A stretch of 58,516 bases of DNA, taken from an uncultured Bacteroidota bacterium. Lineage in GTDB: Bacteria > Bacteroidota > Bacteroidia > AKYH767-A > JABDAW01. The position numbers were made by a program, and so were the translations under genes. The notes under the pieces were generated by a model. It saw only the letters and a list, made by a program, of their open reading frames with translations, was not told the DNA's origin and searched no databases. The DNA lies in assembly GCA_903911135.1 (NCBI GenBank), contig CAIWCG010000194.1, positions 1-58,516 of the forward strand. Direction: 5' to 3'. The stretch's first letter is position 1. Each line of letters starts with the position of its first letter. Of the stretch, positions 1 through 7,790 are shown in pieces.

Positions 1-210
1 GTAACGTTGCAAATCCATTTCTCGAACTCAACGAGGTCATTTGTAACGTTGCAAATCCAATTCTTGAAGTCAACGAGTGCATTTGTAACGTTGCAAATCC
101 AATTCTTGAACTCAACGAGGTCATTTGTAACGTTGCAAACCGTATGCTCGAAGTCAACGAGGTCATTTGCAAGGTTTTTAACGTGCCGATTGCATTTGAT
201 GAGGTATTCA
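1..210. repeat. 42-bp tandem array (array 1), cut by the window edge
   Basis: Units start at 1, 43, 85 and 127, plus a degenerate unit at 169. Consensus is GTAACGTTGCAAATCCAATTCTTGAACTCAACGAGGTCATTT, with an AACGTT palindrome and a CTCG..CGAG inverted repeat. Confidence 0.9.
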
Positions 211-272
211 TCCTGTTAATTTATCGTTCGCCGTGTTAATCTTACCAAAGTTTGAAACTTTGACAAAGCTTA

Positions 273-403
273 TTCGAAGCTACCTGCCATCAAAGCATAG
301 CCCCGATAGTAGCGGCAGCCCGCTGCTTTGTGTCGGTAATGGGGATGCAGCGGCTACAGCGGATAGCGGGACGCAGATGGGACGAGAAGGAACCATAGGC
401 TCC
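273..403 (+). repeat. Conserved GC-rich ~130-nt intergenic element, copy E1 (possible structured RNA or MITE-like repeat)
   Basis: About 85-95% identical by eye to 31881-32011, 35652-35782 and the reverse complement of 35207-35338. Core is TTCGAAGCTACCTGCC..GATAGTAGCGGCAGCCCGCTGC..GCAGCGGCTACAGCGGATAGCGGGACG..ATAGGCTCC. An AT-rich AATTATAAAT tail follows. Confidence 0.85.
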
Positions 404-472
404 CTTAGAAATTATAAATGATGAATTATAAATTATAAATTGAGAGGAGCAGAGGAAATGAAATGGGGCTTA

Positions 473-904
473 TTACAAAGTTGTTGGCTGGTCGTATTCC
501 ATCATGCATCTGCGCCAGAGTTCGGGGATGGGGATGGTGGATTTTTGGCTGTAATCGTAACAGACGAGGGTGGTTTTGCCTGTTGCCATCTCCATTTCGG
601 TTCCGTCGAGCAGCTTTACGAAGCGGTAGGCCATGTCGAAACTTCGGTTTCCGAGGCGGGTGCATTGGGTGTAAACGTAGATGGAATCGCCCAATACGAT
701 GGGGATTTTGTAGTCCATTTCGGCATGGGCAAGTATTAGGCCGGTGAGTGCCCAGTTGATGTTTTCGCCGATGACGGTTTTGAAATAATCTATTCGGGCT
801 TGTTCTATGTAGGTGAAATAATTGGCGTTGTTTACATGGCCCAATGCGTCCATATCTACAAATCTTATGTCGATGAGACATCTATGCCGGAAGGGATTGT
901 TCAT
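473..904 (-). CDS. Acyl-CoA thioesterase, 4HBT/YbgC hotdog family
   Basis: 143 aa. Has the typical N-terminal pattern IRFVDMDALGHVNNANYFTYIEQAR. Confidence 0.85.
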   Translation of the reverse strand: MNNPFRHRCLIDIRFVDMDALGHVNNANYFTYIEQARIDYFKTVIGENINWALTGLILAHAEMDYKIPIVLGDSIYVYTQCTRLGNRSFDMAYRFVKLLDGTEMEMATGKTTLVCYDYSQKSTIPIPELWRRCMMEYDQPTTL

Positions 905-905
905 G

Positions 906-2789
906 CTATTTATTGGTGTCGAGCTGTTCGTAAACGGAATTGTTGCTGATGAATTCGGGGACTATCTGCTTCATCTTCCTCACGATAGGGAGGTTGTCCT
1001 GGTCGTTGAACATGCTTATCAATTCGGTGATATCCTTGGAGATGACGTTGAAATCGTGCTCTTCCACTTTGGCAATCATTATTTTTGGATGATGCGTGGC
1101 TATCACGTTTTCATTGTCGTTCAAGAGTTCTTCGTAGAGCTTTTCGCCAGGCCTAAGTCCGGTATAGACCAACTGAATGTCTTTGCCCAAGGTAAGCCCC
1201 GAGAGCTTGACCATGTTCTTTGCCAAATCTACAATCTTGACGGACTTGCCCATATCGAAAATGAATATCTCGCCTCCACTGCCCATGGCACCTGCCTCCA
1301 AAACCAACTGACAGGCTTCGGGGATGGTCATGAAAAAACGGGTAATCTCGGGATGGGTAACGGTGATGGGACCACCTTCTTCTATCTGTTTTTGAAATCT
1401 GGGAATCACCGAACCATTGGAGGCAAGCACGTTTCCAAAACGGGTGGTGATGAATTTTGTCTTTACATTCTTGTTCAAACTCTGGATGTAAATTTCGGCA
1501 ATGCGTTTCGATGCACCCATTACATTGGTCGGTCTCACGGCCTTGTCGGTAGATATCATCACAAAGCGCTCCACCCCGAATTCTATGGCCAAGTCGGCAA
1601 GGATTTTCGTTCCCAAAACATTGGTCAGGATGGATTCGGAAGGATTGCTTTCCATCATGGGCACATGCTTGTAGGCGGCGGCATGGTAAACTATCTGCGG
1701 CTTGAAAGTCCTGAACACATTGGTCATCCTATCCTTATTCCTCACATCGCCTATCACGGCTTCCACATTATCCTGCCTTCTGTTTTCATGGATTTCCATC
1801 TCGATATCATACAAATCCGATTCGGCCTGATCGAGAAGAATGACCTTTTTAGGGCTAAAGTTAATGATCTGTCTTACCAACTCGCTGCCAATGGAACCTG
1901 CAGCACCGGTTATCAACACCGTTTTTCCGGAAAGATTGTTTCTAATCTGGCCTAAATCAAGCTCTATGGGATCGCGTTCCAATAATTCCTGAATCTTGAC
2001 TTTCTTGATTTGTTTAAAGCTCAATTCGCCATTGATCCAAGTCTTAACCGGTGGCACATTCAATACTTTTACATTATTATTAAGGCATGTTTCCACAATC
2101 TCCTGCCTTCGTTTTGGCGAACCGTTCTGTATGGAAATGATCAGGTGGGCTACATTGTTGTTCTTCAGCAATGCTTCTAGTTCTGATGGATTATAAATCG
2201 TGACTCCTTCCAGTTTCATCCCGGCTTTCTTCGGATTGTCATCAATGAAAGCAAGAACATTATATTTTGTTCCGGCATCGCGGTCCAAGGTTCGTTTAGT
2301 GATGATTCCAGCCTCTCCAGCACCATAAATGATGACGCTTGTTTTTGATTTGGAGGGGTTTTTCCATTCATAATAAAGAATCTTGACAATGATTCTTGAC
2401 CCTACCAACACGAAAACGCTCACTAAAAAATCGATGATGATGATGGAATAGGGAATCAGGAAATAACTTCGAATCTTATACAGGATAATATTGAACAAGG
2501 CAAAGATAAGCGACCCGAAAAAGACCACTATCACTATCCGTTGGGCATCTTCAGAACCGGTATATCTTACTATGCCTGCATAGGTTTTGCTTATCAGAAA
2601 ACTGATGCCCCTAACAAAAATAACGAAAGGTAGAACTTGATAGAATCCCTGTATTTCGGTGCTCGGAATGGCGAAATTAAACCGCAGCAGATAAGCAGCT
2701 ACAATGGATATGAAGCAAATGCAGAGATCAATGAAAAAAACTATCCACCGTGGAGTGCTGCCGGAAAGTGAAAACATCTTTTCTTGCAT
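906..2789 (-). CDS. Polysaccharide biosynthesis protein, CapD/WbpM/PglF-type nucleotide-sugar 4,6-dehydratase
   Basis: 627 aa. N-terminal TM helices, then Rossmann motif LITGAAGSIGSEL and YHAAAYKHVP. Confidence 0.9.
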   Translation of the reverse strand: MQEKMFSLSGSTPRWIVFFIDLCICFISIVAAYLLRFNFAIPSTEIQGFYQVLPFVIFVRGISFLISKTYAGIVRYTGSEDAQRIVIVVFFGSLIFALFNIILYKIRSYFLIPYSIIIIDFLVSVFVLVGSRIIVKILYYEWKNPSKSKTSVIIYGAGEAGIITKRTLDRDAGTKYNVLAFIDDNPKKAGMKLEGVTIYNPSELEALLKNNNVAHLIISIQNGSPKRRQEIVETCLNNNVKVLNVPPVKTWINGELSFKQIKKVKIQELLERDPIELDLGQIRNNLSGKTVLITGAAGSIGSELVRQIINFSPKKVILLDQAESDLYDIEMEIHENRRQDNVEAVIGDVRNKDRMTNVFRTFKPQIVYHAAAYKHVPMMESNPSESILTNVLGTKILADLAIEFGVERFVMISTDKAVRPTNVMGASKRIAEIYIQSLNKNVKTKFITTRFGNVLASNGSVIPRFQKQIEEGGPITVTHPEITRFFMTIPEACQLVLEAGAMGSGGEIFIFDMGKSVKIVDLAKNMVKLSGLTLGKDIQLVYTGLRPGEKLYEELLNDNENVIATHHPKIMIAKVEEHDFNVISKDITELISMFNDQDNLPIVRKMKQIVPEFISNNSVYEQLDTNK

Positions 2790-2830
2790 AAATCTCTTGC
2801 TTTTTTATTTATGCCGAAGCAAATGAAAGC

Positions 2831-3271
2831 TTAGTTTTGGGCTTCGGTATTTTCTTCGCTGGATTCTTCCGAATCATCAGCGGCATTGATCTCGTCGAAG
2901 TTGATCTGGTCCTTCAGGATGGTGTACCACAAATAGATTTTTTTCATGTCGGATACGAACAATCGCTCCTCATCATATTCGGGATAAACCAAAATGAAAT
3001 GCTGTTTATAAGTATTGTTGTCGGCCTTGGTTTCGGGGATGGGATGGGTGGCTTCCATATCATGAATGTTCTTGAAAACGGTCATGATATCCTCATCTTC
3101 ATACTTGCCATAAAACTTCAATCCATCCAAAATGGTGATGCCGAACGGGTCGGTGTAGGGCATTCTTCTTTTGTCCGTCAACGACTCGACGATGATTCTG
3201 TATTCCATCTTTGAAATGATTCTGAACAATCCGCTTTGGCCCTTCAGCGCTACTATTCCATTTAAATCCAT
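2831..3271 (-). CDS. Conserved Bacteroidota protein of unknown function (DUF5606-like) with an acidic C-terminal tail
   Basis: 146 aa. N-terminus MDLNGIVALKGQSGLFRIISK..IVESL resembles the DUF5606 pattern as I remember it. Confidence 0.6.
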   Translation of the reverse strand: MDLNGIVALKGQSGLFRIISKMEYRIIVESLTDKRRMPYTDPFGITILDGLKFYGKYEDEDIMTVFKNIHDMEATHPIPETKADNNTYKQHFILVYPEYDEERLFVSDMKKIYLWYTILKDQINFDEINAADDSEESSEENTEAQN

Positions 3272-3359
3272 GTTGCTTTTATTTTATATTTTCAATTAAT
3301 TTTTCTTCTGTTCCGAGATTGCAATTTTACAATTTTTTCCGTTCATCAGCGCCGATTCC

Positions 3360-3830
3360 TTAAAATGTTCCATTCTCCAGCTCCTTGACCAAATCTTGAT
3401 AGGTGGGCACCTCTTCCAAAAAATCATACGTCATTTTTACCTTGTCCATGGTGCAGCAAAAATGATTGATGCCATTGGTGATGATCAGATATTTTACATC
3501 GAGCGAAAGATTGTATCTAGCTATCTGATCGAAGGAATTTTGGTTGATTTTTATGTTTGAGGCCTTGCATTCCACCATTAAAAGTGGCTTCCGTTCGGTG
3601 CCATAAATCACTACATCGCATCGTTTCTTGAGTTTATTCACCACGATGGTTTTCTCTACGGCCATCAACGAGGCGGGATAATGTTTTTCTTCCACCAGAT
3701 ATTTTATGAAGTTTTGGCGGACCCATTCTTCGGGCGTAAGCACCACATATTTTTTGCGGATGGGGTCAAAAACCTCGATAACGGCACCTACCACCCGTGT
3801 TTTAAGATTATTAATGGGAAGATTCACCAT
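3360..3830 (-). CDS. Type I restriction enzyme HsdR N-terminal domain-containing protein (stand-alone)
   Basis: 156 aa. Motifs EEWVRQNFIKYL, PLLMVECKA and IARYNLSLDVKYLIITNG are typical of the HSDR_N_2 family. Confidence 0.8.
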   Translation of the reverse strand: MVNLPINNLKTRVVGAVIEVFDPIRKKYVVLTPEEWVRQNFIKYLVEEKHYPASLMAVEKTIVVNKLKKRCDVVIYGTERKPLLMVECKASNIKINQNSFDQIARYNLSLDVKYLIITNGINHFCCTMDKVKMTYDFLEEVPTYQDLVKELENGTF

Positions 3831-3856
3831 TTTCGAGGACTTGAGAAAACGAATGG

Positions 3857-4276
3857 CTATTTGCCGCTTTTCTTCGCCACTTTTTCATTGTTCAGCCACT
3901 GCCCATCGAAATATACGGTGCCGTCGATGTTATAAGAAACCCCATATCCGCTGCGCATTCCGTCTTTCATTTCGCCTACATATTTGCTGAAATCATGATA
4001 AACATAGGTGCCTTTTCCGTTCATTTTGTCCGCCTTCCAGTCTCCGTCCCAAGAATCGCCCGTTCCGAAATAGCACTTGCCTTTGCCCTCCATCAAGCCC
4101 GATTTAAAGTTGCCTTCATAGCGTGCGCCATTGTTCCACACCTTCACTCCGTAGCCGTTTTCGCAGTTGCCCGACAGGCATCCGTTCTTGTTTTTTGCTG
4201 CCGAATCGGTTTGTGAAATGCCGATGGTAACGAGGCCGATGAGGAGCATCAGGAGGAGATAAATTTTCTTTTTCAT
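3857..4276 (-). CDS. Secreted MORN-repeat protein
   Basis: 139 aa. Signal peptide, then repeated YEGNFKSGLMEGKG / WDGDWKADKMNGKG / YVGEMKDGMRSGYG units. Confidence 0.8.
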   Translation of the reverse strand: MKKKIYLLLMLLIGLVTIGISQTDSAAKNKNGCLSGNCENGYGVKVWNNGARYEGNFKSGLMEGKGKCYFGTGDSWDGDWKADKMNGKGTYVYHDFSKYVGEMKDGMRSGYGVSYNIDGTVYFDGQWLNNEKVAKKSGK

Positions 4277-4631
4277 TGCTTTTATTTTTTATTAGGCTGT
4301 AAAAATACAATTAATAGTCGAGAGTGGGGGCATCTACCACTTGAAATCATTCATCAAGATAAATAAATCTTAGCCATTTTTGATGATTTTCAAGAGATAA
4401 AAATAAACCTTGGTTGGCATTGTCGATTAATTTTCGTTAATTAGCCTCGATGAAAAACCAACGACTGGCTTTCTTAAACACCAAAAACTCAAATGCGATC
4501 TCTGACAAGGATTTCACTTCCGCTATGGCAGTAAAATCTCTTGCATCATGCGTTTGAGCGGGCCTATATATAACAGTATAGACGGTTTTTTTGGCTGCGC
4601 AATGGAGAGTGGCTCAAAAATAAAGGGCTTT

Positions 4632-4841
4632 GCGGCCGATATAAAGGTCTTAGCGATGATGATAATGGTTATTGCGGCGATGATAATGGGCATTGCGTCC
4701 GATGCTAAGGTTATTGCGTCGAACGCTAAGGTCATTGCGTTGAATGCTAAGGTTATTGCGTCCGACGCTAAGGTTATTGCGTCCGACGCTAAGGTTATAG
4801 CGTCCGACGCTAAGGGCTTAGCGTCGGACGCTATAACCTTT
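4632..4841. repeat. 21-bp tandem array (array 2), 10 units
   Basis: Units begin every 21 bp from 4632. Consensus is GCGTCCGACGCTAAGGTTATT with palindrome GCGTC-C-GACGC. The left three units are degenerate. Confidence 0.9.
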
Positions 4842-4928
4842 ATTTTACGAATATTTCAGTTTGATAATCGTCTTAAAATGAATTTTATAACTACTAAATA
4901 ATACTTTTAACAATTAAAAATTAAAAAA

Positions 4929-5582
4929 ATGAATCAAGGACAAAAAATTAAAAAGTCACAGGTTACTGAAACCAAGGAAGACATTCAGGAATTGGCAGGC
5001 GTGGTTTTTCCAACGATGCAGTTGGATGGTCATGCAAATGTTTCGGCTGCTGGGGCAAACATTGAGGTGGATGATGGGCATTTAAGCGATGCCACTTCGG
5101 CAAAAAACAGTGCATTTACGGTGGCGGAAGCTGCTACGCAAACAGAAAAAAACAAGAAGAAATTGTTGGTGGACAGCATCAACAAGGGAGCTGATGCGGT
5201 GATGTTGTCTTATCCGAATAATCCTGATAAATGGAGCGAATTGGGCTTTCCATTGACCAAGGAAACGGTGGGTTCGGTAGGTGTTTGCGACCAAGTGGTG
5301 GGTCTTTCGATGGGGCAGGGAAATTTTCATGGCACCTGCGACATCGTACTGAAACCATGTGCCGGAGCCGAGGAATTTACCTTTAGAGTAACCAAGGATG
5401 ACCCTACGGTGGAGGCGGGATATATCGACATCAAGAATCCTTTGCTGTCGAAGACTTTGGATACCACCGTTCAGATTTTGCCTGATTATTTGAACAAGCC
5501 GTTGTTTTTTAAGGTTACGGGGCATAATACCCATGGGCCGGGTCCAGAATCCGATCCTTTTGGAGGAACGCCGATTTACTAA
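4929..5582 (+). CDS. Hypothetical protein with an FN3-like C-terminal domain (P217)
   Basis: 217 aa, no signal peptide. The C-terminus FTFRVTKDD..PLFFKVTGHNTHGPGPESDPF looks FN3-like. The A-rich leader AATTAAAAATTAAAAAAATG is shared with the 48782..49699 gene. Confidence 0.65.
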   Translation: MNQGQKIKKSQVTETKEDIQELAGVVFPTMQLDGHANVSAAGANIEVDDGHLSDATSAKNSAFTVAEAATQTEKNKKKLLVDSINKGADAVMLSYPNNPDKWSELGFPLTKETVGSVGVCDQVVGLSMGQGNFHGTCDIVLKPCAGAEEFTFRVTKDDPTVEAGYIDIKNPLLSKTLDTTVQILPDYLNKPLFFKVTGHNTHGPGPESDPFGGTPIY

Positions 5583-5660
5583 ATCATCGTGGCAGTTGGT
5601 TTTTTGTTGATGAACAATCGAACCGAAAACCGACTGCCGCCGATCAAAATAAATTGAATC

Positions 5661-6782
5661 ATGGAACTGCAGTTTTATAAGACGCAGCAGACTACGGTCT
5701 TGTATTCGTCTGAATTGACGCTGATAAAAGTGGCCTTGCTGTTTGCTGAAAAGGTTAATGTGTTGAGCTTTAACTTTCAGCAAATACCGATGGCGGCAAA
5801 GATTGAAACGGGGTCGGAAAAACATACCATCATGTTCACCAAGATGGTTCATACAGAGCAAGGGACGCTGAAGGAAAGCCTGGATGTAGAGCTGTTTTAT
5901 AAAAACCTTCTGAAAATTCGGAACATGAAAAACAAACAGAAGGCCGACTTGATTCTTCTTGCCCGATTGGAGGCCATCTATAAATCCATACATAAGGATA
6001 TGGTTGCTTATATGCAGGAAATAATCAGCAAAAGCAAGCTGGAACTGTTCAAGGGTTTCGTGAAAGATGAATCGCTGAACATCATGCCTCATGGCTTCGA
6101 TTTGGAAAGCGAAATAGACCCCATCGGCCTCCGGATATTGAATTCCTTTCTTGATCCACTCGGTTTTCATCTGTTTGATGAGTCCATCATGAATAAAGCG
6201 GAAAGGGAGGATACAAGCGAAGAAATTACATTCGCGGATTTTACCGGCTACACGCTGGAATTGGACATCATGGAGGTTCCCAACCTCGATTCATTGGATT
6301 ATCAGCAATTGAAAATCATCAGAAATGAGTTCCTTTCCAAGTTCGAATCGTTCGGAAAGGCTGCAGAAGATTTTCAAAAGGAAATATCGGATACGCTATG
6401 GGTTGAGGAAAACCATGAGGGCTTAAAAGAACAATTATCAAAGCGTTTCAATACGAAGGCTGATGATTTATATACCGTTGGCGAAGAAAACATTTATTTT
6501 CAACAAATAAGAAACAGCGATGCCGACAAGCGAGTATCTACGCTAATGATTGGCCTTACTTCCATCCGTACTTTGGTGTTTTATTATTGGTATCAAAGAG
6601 TCATCACCATCGAAATGCGAACCTATATCATCAACGAAATTGAAAAACACAAAAGTGCAGATTCCTGTTCCTTGTTTTTTTATGTGGAAAGCGAAAGGGG
6701 AAGGGAAGAGCTTCAGCATTTTTGGGATGAGGCCGACAAGAAAAAAGAACTTCGCGAAGCTGACGAAGGCAGCAAGGAATAA
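5661..6782 (+). CDS. Hypothetical protein (orphan, mostly helical, acidic C-terminus)
   Basis: 373-aa ORF directly downstream of P217. I recognised no motif. The antisense 362-aa ORF has junk composition. Confidence 0.6.
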   Translation: MELQFYKTQQTTVLYSSELTLIKVALLFAEKVNVLSFNFQQIPMAAKIETGSEKHTIMFTKMVHTEQGTLKESLDVELFYKNLLKIRNMKNKQKADLILLARLEAIYKSIHKDMVAYMQEIISKSKLELFKGFVKDESLNIMPHGFDLESEIDPIGLRILNSFLDPLGFHLFDESIMNKAEREDTSEEITFADFTGYTLELDIMEVPNLDSLDYQQLKIIRNEFLSKFESFGKAAEDFQKEISDTLWVEENHEGLKEQLSKRFNTKADDLYTVGEENIYFQQIRNSDADKRVSTLMIGLTSIRTLVFYYWYQRVITIEMRTYIINEIEKHKSADSCSLFFYVESERGREELQHFWDEADKKKELREADEGSKE

Positions 6783-6812
6783 GCTATCGCTGCTGTTTTC
6801 AATGCTTACAAT

Positions 6813-7769
6813 TTAAGAAGGCAAATCCACCAATTCGAATTCATCCAGGCGGTGAAGATCTACAAACGGCATATTGTTTTCCTTGCCATGAATGTTAGCA
6901 AACTTGGCTCCCACCACCATTTCGTGAGCCTTGTAAGAACTGCGTGAATACACAATCTGGCTGAAGCTGTCATCGAAGGCCTTCATCAGAATGGTAATCT
7001 CCGCTTCCATATCAACGAGGTCCTTATGTGTGAGTTTATAAAACGGACTTTCATTATCGATGGGATGAACAATTGTCCAGCTCGAAAAGAGAAAATTTAT
7101 TTTGGCACGCTCCAAATCAAGGATTTTAAAAGTTCTCGTTGGCTTGTCATTGATGACCGTGTTGTAGGATAAAACCACTTGCGCCTCGATTTCTATCAGC
7201 GCATTTTTCCTTCCGTTTGCCAATCGAAACATAAAGCCTGTACTATCTTTATATGGTGCCACGATGGCATGCTGACTATAAATGATTTTTGCTACTGGGC
7301 GCGAAAAACGACCGTATAAAAGACCGGTGGCAAATGCAAAACCCAGCAATCCGAACATGGATTCGGTGGCTGCTACAACATTGGAATAAATTCCGACAGG
7401 ACTCATCTTTCCATAGCCCACCGTGGTGATGGTTTGAGCGCTAAAAAAGAAGGCATCAAGGAATTTTTCCAGCATGGTATTGCCAGTCGCGCCATCGGCA
7501 AAACTACCCGAAGACATCAAATAAAGACAGGCGAAAAAAAGGTTTGAAACGATATAAAAAATCATCACCAACACCAAGAATTTGGTCCATGTCATCGTTA
7601 TCAATGAATGATAGATATTGTTGGTGAACCCATCATTCAAGCCACGCCGTTCTATATTGAAAGACCCATCCTGATTCAATAATCTGGAGCCCCCTGATGA
7701 AGCATTGGTGCCAAAACCCAAGTCTTTGAACTCCTCTTCCTTCTGCCTGTTGTTTCTATTGAAAGCCAT
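6813..7769 (-). CDS. Inward-rectifier-type potassium channel (KirBac-like)
   Basis: 318 aa. Two TM helices flank the selectivity filter TITTVGYG, followed by a cytoplasmic beta-rich Kir C-terminal domain. Confidence 0.9.
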   Translation of the reverse strand: MAFNRNNRQKEEEFKDLGFGTNASSGGSRLLNQDGSFNIERRGLNDGFTNNIYHSLITMTWTKFLVLVMIFYIVSNLFFACLYLMSSGSFADGATGNTMLEKFLDAFFFSAQTITTVGYGKMSPVGIYSNVVAATESMFGLLGFAFATGLLYGRFSRPVAKIIYSQHAIVAPYKDSTGFMFRLANGRKNALIEIEAQVVLSYNTVINDKPTRTFKILDLERAKINFLFSSWTIVHPIDNESPFYKLTHKDLVDMEAEITILMKAFDDSFSQIVYSRSSYKAHEMVVGAKFANIHGKENNMPFVDLHRLDEFELVDLPS

Positions 7770-7790
7770 ATTTATTCTTCGATTTGAATG

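Noticed and set aside
7-219. ORFs that read through the tandem arrays as heptad or 14-aa peptide repeats (7..219, 4548..4901, 13861..14088, 13940..14146, 17504..17722, 23682..23897, 31422..31840 set, 35423..35617, 48524..48706)
   Set aside because: They are open only because a stop-free repeat unit is iterated. Several frames and both strands are open over the same array. There is no sensible start context, and the products are pure low-complexity repeats.
233-421. Small ORFs through the conserved E elements (233..421, 35180..35368, 35187..35384, and part of 35496..35777)
   Set aside because: The same element is open in different frames in different copies. Conservation is at the nucleotide level, including indels that would shift the frame.
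822-1955. Long antisense or alternative-frame ORFs opposite well-supported genes (822..1955, 5082..6170, 24149..24685, 32025..32630, 32419..32811, 35806..36351, 36105..36620, 37993..39360, 29554..30009 and similar)
   Set aside because: Each overlaps a gene with clear family motifs on the other strand or frame. Their compositions are biased (R/H/P/Q-rich or G/V-rich), typical of shadow ORFs.
4632-4841. CRISPR interpretation of the 21/42-bp arrays
   Set aside because: No unique spacers alternate with a constant repeat; adjacent units are simply variants of each other. No cas genes or leader-like architecture are present in the window.
5591-5638. The 13-bp-stem hairpin between P217 and the 373-aa ORF as a terminator or riboswitch
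   Set aside because: No T-tract follows it on either strand and I recognised no conserved riboswitch core. It is noted only as context in the orphan-family finding.
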